From: Callorhinchus milii | Taxonomy: Eukaryota | Reading direction: 5' to 3' | DNA: 64,000 nucleotides | Assembly: GCF_018977255.1 (NCBI RefSeq) | Contig: NW_024704743.1 | Location: forward strand, 81,346,001 to 81,410,000 | In this document: positions 25,148-38,360 of the stretch, piece by piece | How positions within the stretch are numbered: the first letter of the stretch is position 1 | Layout: every line of letters starts with the position of its first letter | Made by a program: the position numbers and the translations under genes | Notes under the pieces: generated by a model | What the model was told of the DNA's origin: nothing | Seen by the model: only the letters and a program-made list of their open reading frames with translations | The model's database searches: none

Positions 25148-25422
25148 GTGGATACGGTGATCCAACTGATCAAGACATTCCTGTAGTACAATTACCTCCC
25201 AACTCCTACCAAACCTATGACCCCAGCGATCCTTATGAGGAATATGATCCATACGTAGTTCAGCATCCCTACCCAAACCCATACTCCCAACCCACCTACC
25301 CAGAACCTCGACCCGTCCAACCAGATGACACCTTAATGGAAGAGTCCGAGGCCATCGAAGTCCGCTCGCCTGGAATCAGCCGGTTCACAAGGGATTTGTC
25401 CAAAGGGAGCAGCACACCATGA
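25148..25422 (+). CDS. COL14A1: Collagen XIV long NC1 terminal exon ([26 protein letters not shown]...[24 protein letters not shown])
   Basis: ttaag|GT GGA TAC...TGA; open in phase 1; closely resembles remembered chicken long NC1 ([16 protein letters not shown]...[10 protein letters not shown]); in-frame internal acceptor at 25303/25304. Confidence 0.9.
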
Positions 25423-25914
25423 TACCAGCAGAGAAGACTTACAGAGGAGGCTTGGCCATAGTCTGGAATGTTACCGGCAGCAGTTTTCCCCTGAGTGAAT
25501 GGGTCATGTAGAGATGCAATGATGGATACCAGTTTGGTAGATTAAATGGGATTTTTATTAACGAAACTCTTATTAGTTAAAGGGAAGTCGAGCATGAGAG
25601 TGTTGGACATGAATTATCTGACGTAGCTGAATAATGTTTTTTTTGGTACCATTCCATAATTGTATTAAAAAAGATGTTGAGGTCAAATACTTCAAAAACA
25701 AAATAGTGATTGGTCATTTCCAAACACTGCTCCTGTTTGAGATCTATGGATGGGTGCAACAATATCAGCTTTGAGGGCTTTGTTGCGTTATATTGAACAT
25801 AACATGCATTTTCCTTTGTGTAACAGTCCTATTTGTGTTAAATTAATATAAATGAGAATATTGCAAAGAGGAATCATCGTTTATGTTCCACAAAAGCAGA
25901 TAACTTGGTTAAAG

Positions 25915-26215
25915 AATAAATGGTTGTGTGCTTAAAATGATTCATAACCACTGGGCTGAGTTTCTGTTTCTAGGCAGCCTGTCAAAATTCTGTATTAGGA
26001 TTATAAGTCTGACACAGCAATGGAGAGATGTAAATTTATGTATGGGAATCTTTATCAAGATGAAATGATGCATTTTCTACTTCAAAAGAGAAGCCATTAA
26101 TGAAGACTTGAAGGTTTTCTATGTTGTACCCATTCCAATAAATTGGTTTTCTAGTGAACCTCGCAGATAATGTATTTGGAATACATAATCTTGTTCAGGT
26201 TTATACGACAATAAA
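25915..26215 (+). terminator. Cluster of candidate COL14A1 polyadenylation signals
   Basis: AATAAA at 25915, 26137 and 26210; U-rich sequence follows the last. Confidence 0.5.
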
Positions 26216-27829
26216 AGCAGATGCGTACTAGTTTTAACAAATGTCTGCATCTATTTCTTGCTTTTGAATTTTACCTTCACAGTTCACATCCTGAAAGAGT
26301 GTCCCAGCAATCCAAACTCCACATTACTTTCCTACTGTACATTGGTTTCTTGTAAAGGTACAGCAAATCAGAGGAACTACAGCAGAGGAGACCCATTCTG
26401 CTGTGATGATCTGGTAAAGTAAGTTGCTGCTCGAAATGAGCAGACCCTCAAGAGTGCAGCAAGGATCATTGCCGGATGAGTGACGATAACAATTTACGGT
26501 TATATAACACCTTTCACGTCAGGAGGATGTCTCACATCACACAGCTGATTAAGCACCCGGGGTTGGGGGTTAAGATGACCAAAATACACTTAAGTTCACA
26601 CGAGAAAGCTCAGAGCTGAACTTGTTCTCATTTAAAAAAGAGAGATGGTGGGAGGAAATATATGGAACAGATTGCAAACAATAGCATCTGGTGCTGTGTT
26701 GATCTCTTTCAAAGAAACAAATGGATAAGTGTCTACTTCACAAGATTCAGTGCATAAATACTCTCCAGGACACAGTGGTCTCTGTTGCTGGGGTGAGTTG
26801 GGGAAATGTTGGCTGTGGAGGACAACAGGCCAGACCTCAATCATGAAGATGGAAGAATATTCTGGAGTTTTTGTTTGATTGCCTTAGGGAGTTAGAGTTT
26901 GTACGTAGATCTCTCCTACAGGACTCAGTGAGATAAACTTCACGACAGAGTAATTCTAATGCAGTTTCTGGAGGAAATGGGATCCAACAGTCAAATGGAC
27001 ATTTCTAATTTCATGCTTATATTCTTAATTGCTTTTTCTCAAACGCACTCTCAAACATTTTTCTCCCCTTCCCCCGCCAGCCAGACACCATCTCAGCTGT
27101 GTGATGTGCTTTGAGGCATCCTCCCAATCTGAAAGGCGCTACTTAAATGTAAATTGTTATTTGTTGTTGCCCAAGCAAGTTTCAAGATGAGTGATCAGGA
27201 ACAGAATCCTTGACTATTTTTCTCTACAAACTGGAACTTTAAATGTTGTTCTGAGTAAATCAATACTACTGAGTTTGAAGCAGGGACACTGCACGCCTAT
27301 GTGGTTCGAGAGTTTGCTGAAGACATTCACTGAGATAAGAGGATGGATTACAAAACATCCAATTGCAGCTATTCATCAGAAAACCAAACTAAAGTCTTCT
27401 TTGACCCAAAATATCCACCATCTGCAATTTGTTTTATAAATGGACATGTTTTGGCTGGCAAAAATAGTCTAAATGCCATTCTCAAATTTCATAAGCATCT
27501 GTCAGCTGTTATTTATTGTATGTAAAATGGACAGTATTACTGTGCAAAATGTTAGCTCTGGAATATTGCAGTTGACTGACGATCTAGCAATGGCTGAAGA
27601 TTGAATCAAATAAAAGTGTATTTTTGCTATAATTTCACAATGTGTACAGCAGCTGTCCTCATAAACCACCTTAAAGTGAGACAAATTGTCACCTATTACA
27701 ATTCTATTTTACTCATGAGGCAAGCTGACTTTTGACCTATTATGTCATCTTCTGAGCAACCCTTATGTTCCCTGAGCTTTACAAGAACAAACAAAATGAC
27801 ATGTGTCTTAACCCAAGACATTTGAGGTT

Positions 27830-28040
27830 TGCCCAAACACAGATTCGATGAGTCTGAGGGAGAGCCCGGGGAGGTTGGGTTCAGACCCGCAGGAGAGAAG
27901 ATGTTGACGGAGCCATAGAGTATGGCTTTCATCTTTCCGACATTCAGCTGCAGGAAATTTGGCTCATCCTGGCCTTGATGTCCATTAAACAAGCTGACAC
28001 GACATTAGCGGACTGGGAGTCGCAGCTGGAGATGATTTGG
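27830..28040 (-). mobile_element. L2 RT fragment
   Basis: Minus-strand NFLQLNVGKMKAILYGS and a decayed YxDDTQ motif. Confidence 0.7.
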
Positions 28041-28144
28041 GTGTCATCCTCATACATATAGTTGCTAGCTTTAATGGATTATGTCAGCTTTATTCAAGTG
28101 AATAATTTCCTTTTAATCATACCTTCATTTTCTCTTAATAATCT

Positions 28145-29497
28145 GCTTTTATATAACTGCACATCTATTCTTCATTCTTCACAAAAGTGAAGAGCAGCTG
28201 ATGTGAGCACTAGCTCTCAGTGTAGCTTATGGTAAACTTGAAGACCTACCTCATCAAACTTGCCAATGGTCATCTCCCACCTCCCCCTTCTTGGTGTCCA
28301 TCCCGTCACTGTGTAGTGCTCCAAGAAGCTATCCTGCATGAAGGGTGCAAGTTGTTATCTATGTGTAGGCTTGAAGCCTAACTGGTAAGAGTAATATTTG
28401 CCAAGTTTTATTCATAAATTCCAATTGTTGCAGTATGGTGTATGCTTGGAATCTTTCTCCGAAAGAGTTGACACTTGACTTTCTCAGTTCATGTCACTCA
28501 GCAATGAATGAATGGTGTTACAGACAAACCAGTATCGGTGTTTTCCAAGTTTAATCTGAAAACTCATTATTCCAATAGTTTTTTCCATTCTAAATTTTTT
28601 GTTAGGGTGGCTGACGATGATTATTCATACATGACATTCAATGGTGAAAAGGCTTTAACTCGCACCACTGTAATAATACTGTCATTCTTCACACAAAAGT
28701 CCACTGTTTCCAGTACAGCTTTCTTTATCCACAAATGCACATTGAATTTATTGTGAGCAGAAAATCCATTAAAATTATTGTGATAAGTTATTGACCAATG
28801 AAATGTTTGTAGTTTATAGCATGAACATGCAAATTATTGGCTACTGTGCACTATTCCTCCACTAATAGGAAATACATTCCATTAATTAAGTAACTGGGTT
28901 AGTTAAAACAATATCTTAGTTTTAAATCCATTAAATTTCTACTCTATGGGATCAGAAACAACAGAAAAGGTGCTGACATATTCATACTCGACCATTGTGC
29001 CAAACCTGGGAGCAGTGAATCACCGCCTTCCTTGTTTCAATAGTCCAGAATGAAATAGGTTAGCAATTTAAGTGAAGCAAGGTTTAAACACTGGCCCAGC
29101 ACTGCATTGGAGTGTCATTTTACACAATATAAGTCCCAACGTGGGCTTGAACCCACAACCTTCTGACACAAGAGAGACACCAACTGAGCCAGTCTGACAC
29201 AATGCAGGTATTGGGAAACTAGGGTTTGGCAGGTGTGAGATATAATTCTCCACTCTGATCAAGAGGAAAGTACACAACAAACTAACAACTTGCACCCTTC
29301 ACGCAGGATAGCTTCTTGGAGCACTACACAGTGACAGGATGGACATCAAGAAAGGGGAGGTGGGAGATGACCATTGGCAAGTTTGATGAGGTAGGTCTTC
29401 AAGTTTACCATAAGCTACACTGAGAGCAAGTGCTCACATCAGCTGCTCTTAACTTTCGTGAAGAATGAGTGATTAGATGTGCAGTTATATATAAAGC
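28145..29497. repeat. Long inverted duplication: 28145-28357 and 29283-29497
   Basis: About 213-bp arms, highly similar by eye, ~925-bp spacer. Confidence 0.93.
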
Positions 29498-31211
29498 GAA
29501 TGGTAAAGTATTGCAATAAATCTTCAAAATTCGAGTGAAGTTGAAGGGCTTTTCCTGACATTTAACTAATGGCTTGGATTATGATAAAAGTAGCCTTCTT
29601 CGGACCATTTAATCAGCCAGTTTGTAGATTACTATTGTTTTCAGATATTGGTGAAATATCTGAAAATATCTTTTCAGCCAAAATGTTAAAGAAACAAAAA
29701 AAACTGCATATCTGTATGCTTATGAACTCTTAATCATCAATCTTTGAAACATTAGAGAAGTAAATCTATGAAATTGGTAGTCTTAAATTACAAGCCAATT
29801 ACTTTCTGAAGTCTTCTAGAGACCTCAGCTCGGTTTTGTTCTTTTTAACATTCTCTTTATGCCTTTTCATGGCATAGCTGTATGCAAATGGGCTGCAATG
29901 TTTGCTTTCAAGGAATATACTCTACACTTCATAGAAACTTTGGGTCTTCCTCAAAGCTATGTTAAATGCAAGGGTTATTTATTATTATGAAACAGGCTGT
30001 TTTGGAAAGGACAAGCAAAGCTGAACCCCTCTATAGCAGCATTCCAAAAACATGAAATACAGGGACTCAGTGCACTTTGTCAATTAATGTAAGCTGTCTT
30101 AATATGACTGTTGTGAGGCTACGATTGCAACTCACGGCTTTTCACTGGGAGTTCAGCTGACAACCTCTGAAGGTACCAGTTTCCTGAATAGACGCATGAT
30201 TGAAATGATTTTCAAAAGAATGTACTGACACTATTTTCCCATAATTGAATTTAAATAATACTTGACCACTTTTGTTAGATGAAGTCTAATTTCAATGACT
30301 TGACAATTTATGAACAGCATTGCTAATTTAACATTGCAGATTTAAAGAATACTATTATTGCTTTGGAAAGTTGTCAGGATTTAATCAGTCTACATAATGC
30401 TAGCTTGGTAAATTTCCAATAAAGCTTTACATATGCGCTTGGATACAGTCTACCAGATTGGAATAATGTCATGAAAGAGTAATTTGTTTCTACACAGCTA
30501 AATCACATAGAACTTGACGAAACAATCACTTACAATTTGGTAATGTACTCCACCTTTGTGAAGTGCAAAATCTGCAATCTGTATTCAAATCCAACCCAGA
30601 CACACACACAGTTACCTCTCAGATCTGGTAAGGTCAGAAATGAAATGAGTTCTTAATCAACTGCCAATAACTGCATTTGGAAGCAATGTTGAGAGGTAAA
30701 ACACAAAGATTTTGTATTGGAAGAAGTTCCACTGGTATTGAAAGGACAGCTGTTTTGAGATGTTTAAGGTTTGTGGTATGTTATGACAATGCTTGATGTC
30801 CTTGCATTCAAGCAGAACTAATTCATGTCATACTTGACAATTTCTCAACTGTCAACTTTTAAATTTTGCTGTGTAACATTGGAGTATATAGTACATAGTT
30901 TCTTTGTGCAAAATGTGCAGGTTGGGTTTTTCCACATATAACACATATAGAGGGAATTACAGGTCATCCCAGTAATGTGATTAATAATAATAAACCCTGC
31001 ATTTAAATTAGTACCTTTCATGTCAGGAGGACATCCCAAAGCGCTTCATGGTTTTTACTGTAAAGTGTAATGTGTATTTTGTAGAATGCAGCATTCAATT
31101 TTCCACTCATCAACATCCACAAACAGCCGTAAAGTGAATGAACAATTTTATCTGGAGGATTGTTAGCCGGATTCCAGGAGAAATTACTTCCTGTTCTCAA
31201 TAGTTCAAGGG

Positions 31212-32495
31212 ATCTTTAATATCCACGGTAACAGGCAGACTACTTGGGACTTTGATTTAATGTCTCATCCGGAGGATGGCTCCTTTGATAATGTATTGCT
31301 ATCCTCAGCACTGTGTTGGAATGCCAGCCTAGACCATGAGCTTAAAGTCCCATCATGGGGCTAACAACCAGTGAAAGAAATGACAGGTACTTGTGGAATC
31401 CTTTGTAACAGTGTGTGGGGATTGGAGAGATATCTGATTGCACAAAAGGGTAGGTTTTTAGAAAGGTTTTGAAATCAGAAAGAGAGGGAACTGGGCAGAA
31501 GGATTAAGGGAGAATTGTAGAAAGCAAAGACAAAGTTGCTTAAAACCTTGCCCAATGTTAGTGGGACAGAGTTGGGAGACGAACAGGTGAGAGTTAGCAG
31601 AGTGCCGGGAGTGGATAGGAGAGTAGTAGTGCAGTAGATCACAGATCTATTGGTTATTCTACAATTGTTGAGAACAGTGAATTCTATGATGACTATTGAG
31701 TCCAAAACAGATTTCAGACATGAATATTTAACGAAGATATCCTTATGTGGTTAGAACACTCGCCTTGCAAGCGAGAGACCTGGGTTTGATTATGGTCAGG
31801 GCGAAACCTTGGGCAAGTTTCCTTACTCCACACGCCTGATAATAATCCCTCATTTGGTCACTTCAATCCATGACTGTTTGTGGGACACTGCTGTGCGCAA
31901 TTGACTGCCGCGTTTTGCCCACAAATATACAGTCAATTAACTTTACAGTAGATTCTGTGAAGCGCTTTGAGATGTCTAGATGTGAAAAGCGCTATATCAA
32001 ATGCAAGGATAATAATAATATCCAGAAGTGCAACATGCCCTTCGATGCAATCTACTGTTGGGAGTGGAGTTTCAGCAGGTTGGTGAAACATACTTCTAGT
32101 TTACCAGAAGTGCCCCTTGGATTCCTTAAACAATTATCCTGTTTAAAATCACAACTTTTTTTAAGGCTCCATAATCATCTAAATTCACTTCAAGTTTGTA
32201 TTCCCGAAGCATGTAAGAGCTCCATATTTTGTTTTGGTTGGCCGGGTGTCTGACACGTGCGGAAACCCATCACCATGCTTAACAGTATCCAAACCAAGCT
32301 GAGATTTCCATGCATCCCACCTACACATGGAAATCCCATAAGCAGATTGTATGGAATGGAATGCGCACTCTCTCCCTGGAGGGACCCATCCTGCTTACCT
32401 AATTCCAGAAAGTATTAGATGCAGGTTGGTAAGAGCCAAGGCTTGGGGACCCCAGAGTGTGCGTTGGGGCACTGCTGGAGTCTAACCAGCTAAAA
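31212..32495 (+). repeat. ~1-kb duplicated segment (partner 48018-49024); this copy carries a SINE insertion
   Basis: Colinear high similarity on both sides of the SINE. Confidence 0.92.
31743..32017 (+). mobile_element. tRNA-derived SINE (short subfamily, 5'-clipped) with ATATCC TSD
   Basis: TSD at 31737-31742 and 32018-32023; empty site at 48546-48551. Confidence 0.9.
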
Positions 32496-32712
32496 CTTTC
32501 CTGGCAAGCTTTCCTGCTGTTTGTCCAGCTAGGATCACCGTACCCGTTAGGGCTTTGGCTTGCGGGGTTAACATGAGCTGAGTTGGATGACCCTTGCCCG
32601 TGTGACTAATCTCCCCTTCCAGCTCCTGCCAATGAGCACAGGCTGGCTGTGCTGTCACCAGCTGTGCTCTAGAATACTGTAGTCCAGCCTGACTCAGGAA
32701 CCAGATTACCGA
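32228..32712. mobile_element. Dispersed repeat, possibly an RTE-LINE 5' region
   Basis: Related copies at 47808-48010, 48760-49935, 49960-50435 (inverted), 50745-51125 (inverted) and 57490-57815; family assignment tentative. Confidence 0.5.
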
Positions 32713-32930
32713 TTGATACTAACCTTAATCTGAAAGTCATGCAAAGAGATAAATCACAAACTTAGACCATTCAAGGGCCATATAAAAGTTATTGGATGTC
32801 ATGCGAGAATGTGACTTAATTTATAGAGATTCACAATGTTAACAAGCACTGAACCATTAAACATGTCCAGGAGCCTGTAGTTATGCAGAATGTGAAGAAT
32901 TGGCTTGTAGAAGTTAGTTGGTTGACCACC

Positions 32931-33243
32931 TAATAATAATAATAATCCTTGCATTTGATATAGCGCCTTTCACGTCGGGAGGACGTCCCAAAGCGCTTCA
33001 CTGAACACACTGTAAAGTGAATTGACTGTATATTTGTGGGTGAACGCGGCAGCCAATTGCGGCAGCAATGTCCCACAAACAGTTGTAGATTGAAAATGAC
33101 CAATTTATTATTGTTTTTTGTTTTGGAGGGATTATTATTAGGCGTGTGGAGTAAGGAAACTTGCCCAAGGTTTCGTCCTGCCTGGAAATGAACTCAGGTC
33201 TCTCGTTTGCAAAGCAAATGCTCTAACCACTGAGCTACAGGAG
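32931..33243 (-). mobile_element. tRNA-derived SINE (short subfamily)
   Basis: Reverse complement of a full SINE with (AAT)n. Confidence 0.9.
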
Positions 33244-34224
33244 TTGATATTCAAAGGCAAACTGATTTGTTTGCATCAATTCATATATTCTGGGAATCTA
33301 ATGCATTTTGTTTGCTGTAAAAAGTAATAATTAGTATCACTGATCAGATTTTATATTCAAACATGAATGCATGAGTAAACTGAATACAAAATATCATCTG
33401 TTTTGTCTCTGTAGCTTATCATGCACACACACATATGATTTCCTGTACTAAATTATGCCCATATGCTACTGAACCAGAGATCCCTATAAATTTTTCACAC
33501 TTGATGGATACATCCTGTAAAAATATAATAGCCTGAATAAATAAGAATTTCATAGCCCACAGTGAACAAGTCTGCCAAATCAGGTATATAAATACTCAGT
33601 TTGGTTACTTTTGCTACAAAATTAATATGATTTTAATAATAAAATTCTTCATACATATTGCAAAGAACTGATACTATTCATAGATTCGTGGAAAGTACAG
33701 TGCAGAAACAGGCCATTTGGCCCATTCAGCGCGGTCAGTGTTTACAGTCCACACAATTTCCCATCCTAGATCTAATCCCTAGTCCCATATCCCAGCTTTT
33801 CCCCATATCCCTCAACTTTAGTGTCCAGTCTTTTTTTTGAATGTGCACATGGTTGCCCCCCCAACAACTGATTATGGTTTGTTTTCCATATAGGTTTTCT
33901 TTTTAAAAAACTGATGAAAATCCCCCCTCTGAAGCTCCTTTTGCAGCAATGGAAATAACCTTCAAATGCATAATTATGCAACATGATTACTTCTAAAGGT
34001 GTCAACAAATAACAATTCAAAATAGAAACAGAATCGAGAAGAATGACTTAAGATTCTTTTAAAACGATGGCATAAGTTCATCTTTTTAAAATGTTGGCAT
34101 AATTTGACAGTTCTTTCAAAGTCTACATAATTTGGTCAGTGAGTGGGAAGGTCGATTTTGATGATTTCTATCTCATAAGGACACAGTTTAAATTTACTAC
34201 AGGTTCCGGAGTTAGGCTAAACAC

Positions 34225-34452
34225 CAGGACGTATTGGGCCTCTACGCCCCAAACCTCTGGAACTCCTTGCCACAATCCCTCCGCCTTGCCCAAACTTTAT
34301 CCATCTTCAGATCACACTTGAAAGCCTACCCTCGACCATGCCTACAATCTCCTCCCTTTCTCCCTACCTCAGTGTCAAACTACATCAATGCCCAGCGCTC
34401 CAAGATGTTACTCCACTTGAAGGGCACTATATAAATGCAAGTTGTTGTTATT
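34225..34452 (+). mobile_element. L2 3' tail fragment
   Basis: YAPNLWNSLPQSLRLA...FRSHLK; ends ataaatgcaagttgttg. Confidence 0.75.
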
Positions 34453-34684
34453 GTAATATATTTTTTCAGTATCGCAATGATTGAGCTGAAAATTTATAGA
34501 ACCAGTTAGCTCAGAAACACTAGTGTTTCATAATTATTTCATGTCCGAAGTCTAAATTGAAAATAGTTTCCACAGAACCTCAATGTTTCAACAACTTCTG
34601 ATCTTGATTTGGCAGTAACTATTTGTTAAATGCTTCCAATTGATTAAAATTGACATCAATAATTGGTAATAGGAAGAAAGGACT

Positions 34685-34690
34685 TTTATT
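34685..34690 (-). terminator. MRPL13 polyadenylation signal
   Basis: tttatt on + is AATAAA on -, about 70 nt past the stop codon. Confidence 0.65.
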
Positions 34691-34759
34691 TCTGACACGC
34701 CATCATTGTGAAATATAAATAATGTTCAGATTCAGCCTCTCCAAACTTGGAATGTAGTT

Positions 34760-34784
34760 TTACTTCATTCTGTAATCATCAGGT
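34760..34784 (-). CDS. MRPL13: Mitochondrial ribosomal protein L13, last coding exon (completes TP, then PDDYRMK*)
   Basis: Minus strand ttttctttgcag|A CCT GAT GAT TAC AGA ATG AAG TAA; completes the CC of the previous exon; human ends TPPEDYRL. Confidence 0.9.
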
Positions 34785-36849
34785 CTGCAAAGAAAAGAAA
34801 AAAATAAGATGGAATGTCAAGCAGTACTGAAAATACATCTGTTTCACATTAATATGATGATGACATTAAATAATGGTTTAACATATTCAAAAAGGACAGT
34901 AATTTTGGCACGGTTTCCTCAGTATCAAGTTCTGTTAATATATGTACATTTTAAAGTTACAATTCTTAAATTAGAAAAAGCTGATTTTATATACACGTTG
35001 TTACACACTTTTTCTCCAGCAAAGACCAGCTTCCAGTTAATGGGTTCAAATTGTCCCACATCCACTTGGCCCATCCAGGTCCATTTCACTAAGTGACTGG
35101 AATGTGAAGGATTCTCCCTCCTTGAAATTACAATTTTCTTCATTCAGAAGCTGAATTTCAAAGGTTTTATTTTCTGCTCAGACAGGTATGCATGAGATTC
35201 TGACTGAAGGCATCAGTGATCAATATGTGACCTTAATGAACCTCCATCAAACCACTCACTAGATGATTCATTCCAGAGAACAGTGTCCTGACATTTGTCG
35301 CGGTGACCGCTACTATATAAATTACTGCACAATAATCCTCAGACTCAGTGACTATGAAGATGAACTTTGCCATTTGTCTGGAATGTATCTTAATATATCC
35401 CAGTGCAAACAAATATGGACAATGTGCTTGACTTTGTGGAGGAAGGAGATCTAATGTGTGGGTATAGATACAGGGCCACTTAGCTTCAGTACTGCAGCAT
35501 CTACAAGTTGCAACTGTGGAGCAAATTACATCTTATTAGTAAATGAGAACATCTTATGAGTACATCTTATTTTTAAATGTAACTAAAAATAAAAGTAAAT
35601 AGAAACAAAGGAACATTACATTGGTACCTGCACAATAAATAATTTGAATATAAAACTTTAGGCACTTTGGAAATCAAATTCTAGTTTTGCAGCAAATGCA
35701 TGAAAAATTTCAAACGTGAAACTATTTACCTTGGTCTATACGCTATACCTTCTCTAATAAACTACAATCTGTGTGCAGTAAATACAGTATGTGAGCATTA
35801 CTTATTGTCACATCAATCAGCAACAATAACAATTTGAGTGTTAGGTAACACAGTTTATAATAGATATTAAAAAAGAGTTTAATGGAAAATGCTATAGTGA
35901 ATTGGACAGCATTATAATGGCACAATATTAATCAATTCAGGTTTTAAATACCAGAGTTTTTAAAAGTACCTATTCAAGAATCATTTCTGTTTCTATTTGG
36001 ATTCCAAATATTGGGATTTCTCACATAGTTTCCAGTGAGCTCATTTAAATTTTACCTAGAACTTGTCATTTTACGTATTTAGTAGAGAAAGATCCCACCA
36101 CTGCATTTAGCTTCATTTCTTCAGGTCTCAACTCAACCTTTTTTTTGTACAGCTCACCAATAGTTTGCGTTATTGGAAATATAGATCCACCTGCCAACAT
36201 TTGGCATTCTATTGAAGTTAGAGCAGATTTAGACAATCAATGATAGAAATCCAGGTAGATGTGTGCTCTGTTCATAAAAACACTCAAAGGAGAAGGGCAT
36301 TTTCAATGTAAAGTACTCTCAAATACAGTTATGTTAAAGAAAAATGATATCCACAATATGTTTTGTTTAAAAAAAGTAAGAATCTGTCTATTTTCTCCCC
36401 ATCAGTCAAAAAGCACACAAGACCATGGTTCTTCTGTGGTCTTGGGGATGAGTAACATTCTCCCAGGCCTTCGTAAATGGCATTCTTCCGCTAGATTTAA
36501 GTAGGTGTGCAACAATAGCCTGTGATAATTCTTCCTAGTCTCTACTGCGTATTACCCACATCAATGAAGCAAAGATAGAAAGAACATACATTATTAATAT
36601 TACTTATCACACTGAGACATCTCAAAGCATTACTTACTGTATTGTCAAGTGCAGTGATTACGTATTTGTAGGGAAACATTAAAGCAAAGAAAGAAGAAAG
36701 AATTTGCATTTTTATAATGTCTTATCACATCGACACATCTCAAAGTAATACTTACAGTACTGTCAAGGGCAAACACAATAACCATTTGTGGGCATCGACA
36801 ACATGGCCAAGATTACATTGCTGTCAGCAAATTGGATGCTGCATTTGCC

Positions 36850-38360
36850 TAAAAAAATGTGGTGGAGCCTGACTCTGAGCTGGTGGGGGAGGTGGCTGTA
36901 AGCACGGTCGAAGAGGAAAGTTTTCAGGCGGGAATTGAAAAGGGGGAGAGGGGCAAGGTGGAGGGATTGAGGGAGAGTGTTCCAGAGTTTGGGGGCGTAG
37001 TGGTTGAAAGTGCGACCTCCAATGGTAGGGCAGCGGGTGCGAAGGACGAGCAAGAGGTCGGTGCCAGTTGAGTGGAGGCGCCAGGTGGTGGAATGTAATT
37101 GGTGGAATTACATTCCTCAAAATTCATATAAACATAAATATCACAGCACAGAAAAAGGCTATTTGGCTCAATGTGCCTGTGCCAGCTATCTGAGCTTGGA
37201 AAGATAGGGAAGTATTGGGAGTGAATAATAATAATAATAATAATCCTTGCATTTGATATAGCGCTTTTCACGTCAGGAGGACTCCCAAAGCGCTTCACAG
37301 AATATACTGTAAAGTGAATTGACTGTATATTTGTGGGCGAACGCAGCAGCCAATTGCGCACAGCAATGTCCCACAAACAGTTGTAGATTGAAAATGACCA
37401 ATTTATTATTGTCGTTGGTTTTTGGAGGGATTATTATTGGACGTGTGGAGTAAGGAAACTTGCCCAAGGTTTCGCCCTGCCTGGAATTGAACTCAGGTCT
37501 CTCGCTTGCAAAGCGAGTGCTCTAACCACTGAGCTACAGGACTCCACGAATGGATTTGAACATGAGTGTGAGGATCTTGAAGTTGATCCGTTTGTTGATG
37601 GGGAGCCAGAGTCTGGCCAGAACTGGTGAGATGTGGGTATGGAGTTTGGTCCGGGTCAGTATGCAGGTGGCAGATTTCTGAATGACCTGGATCTTTGAAT
37701 AGTGGAGCAGGGGAGACCGGTGGAGAGTCAGTTTGAGTAATCCAGGCGGGAGGTGACAAACGCATGTACGAGGATTTCGGCTGCATTTGGGGTAAGGTAC
37801 GGTCAGAGGCGGGCAATGTGGTGGAGGTGGAAGGCGGCGGTCCTGGTCAGGGACTGGATTTGTGGGAGGAAGGACAGCTGGGGGTTGAATCGGATGCCTA
37901 GATTGCACACTGGCTCGATGAGTGTGAGGGAGAACCCAGGGAGGTTGAGGAGGTCAGATCTGCAGGAGTGAAGACATTGATGGGAGCCAAGGAGTACTGT
38001 CTTGTCCGTGTTTAGCTGCAGAAAGTTTGCATTCATCCAGGCTCTGATGTCTGCCAGACAAACTGATAGAGCATTGGTGGACCTGGAGTTGGTACTGGAG
38101 GAGGCAAAGTAGATTTGTGTGTCATCCGCATACATGTGGAAGTTTACCACGTGTCTGCAGATGACATCACCAAGAGGGAGCATGTAGATGAGGAAAAGAA
38201 GAGGGGCAAGGATGGAGCTCTGAGGTACCCAGCAGGTGACCGAGCAGGAGGAGAAACCACTTGCTGAGATGAAATGGAGGCGGTTGGTTAAGTAGGACTT
38301 GAACCATGCGAGTGCGGTCCTACTAAGGTTGATAAGGGAGGAGAGGCAGTGGATTCCCAA
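36850..38360 (-). mobile_element. L2 LINE RT/3' fragment interrupted by a SINE and a templated insert
   Basis: [49 protein letters not shown]. Confidence 0.88.
37224..37547 (-). mobile_element. tRNA-derived SINE (short subfamily, young)
   Basis: Near-identical to the reverse complement of 54518-54843. Confidence 0.92.

Noticed and set aside
410..25422. Identification as COL12A1 or COL20A1
   Set aside because: SHMARY, CDPSSC, the NC1 sequence and the MRPL13 neighbour all fit COL14A1.
35263..35454. Cys-rich 63-aa ORF
   Set aside because: No recognisable domain or splice support; length is within chance expectation.
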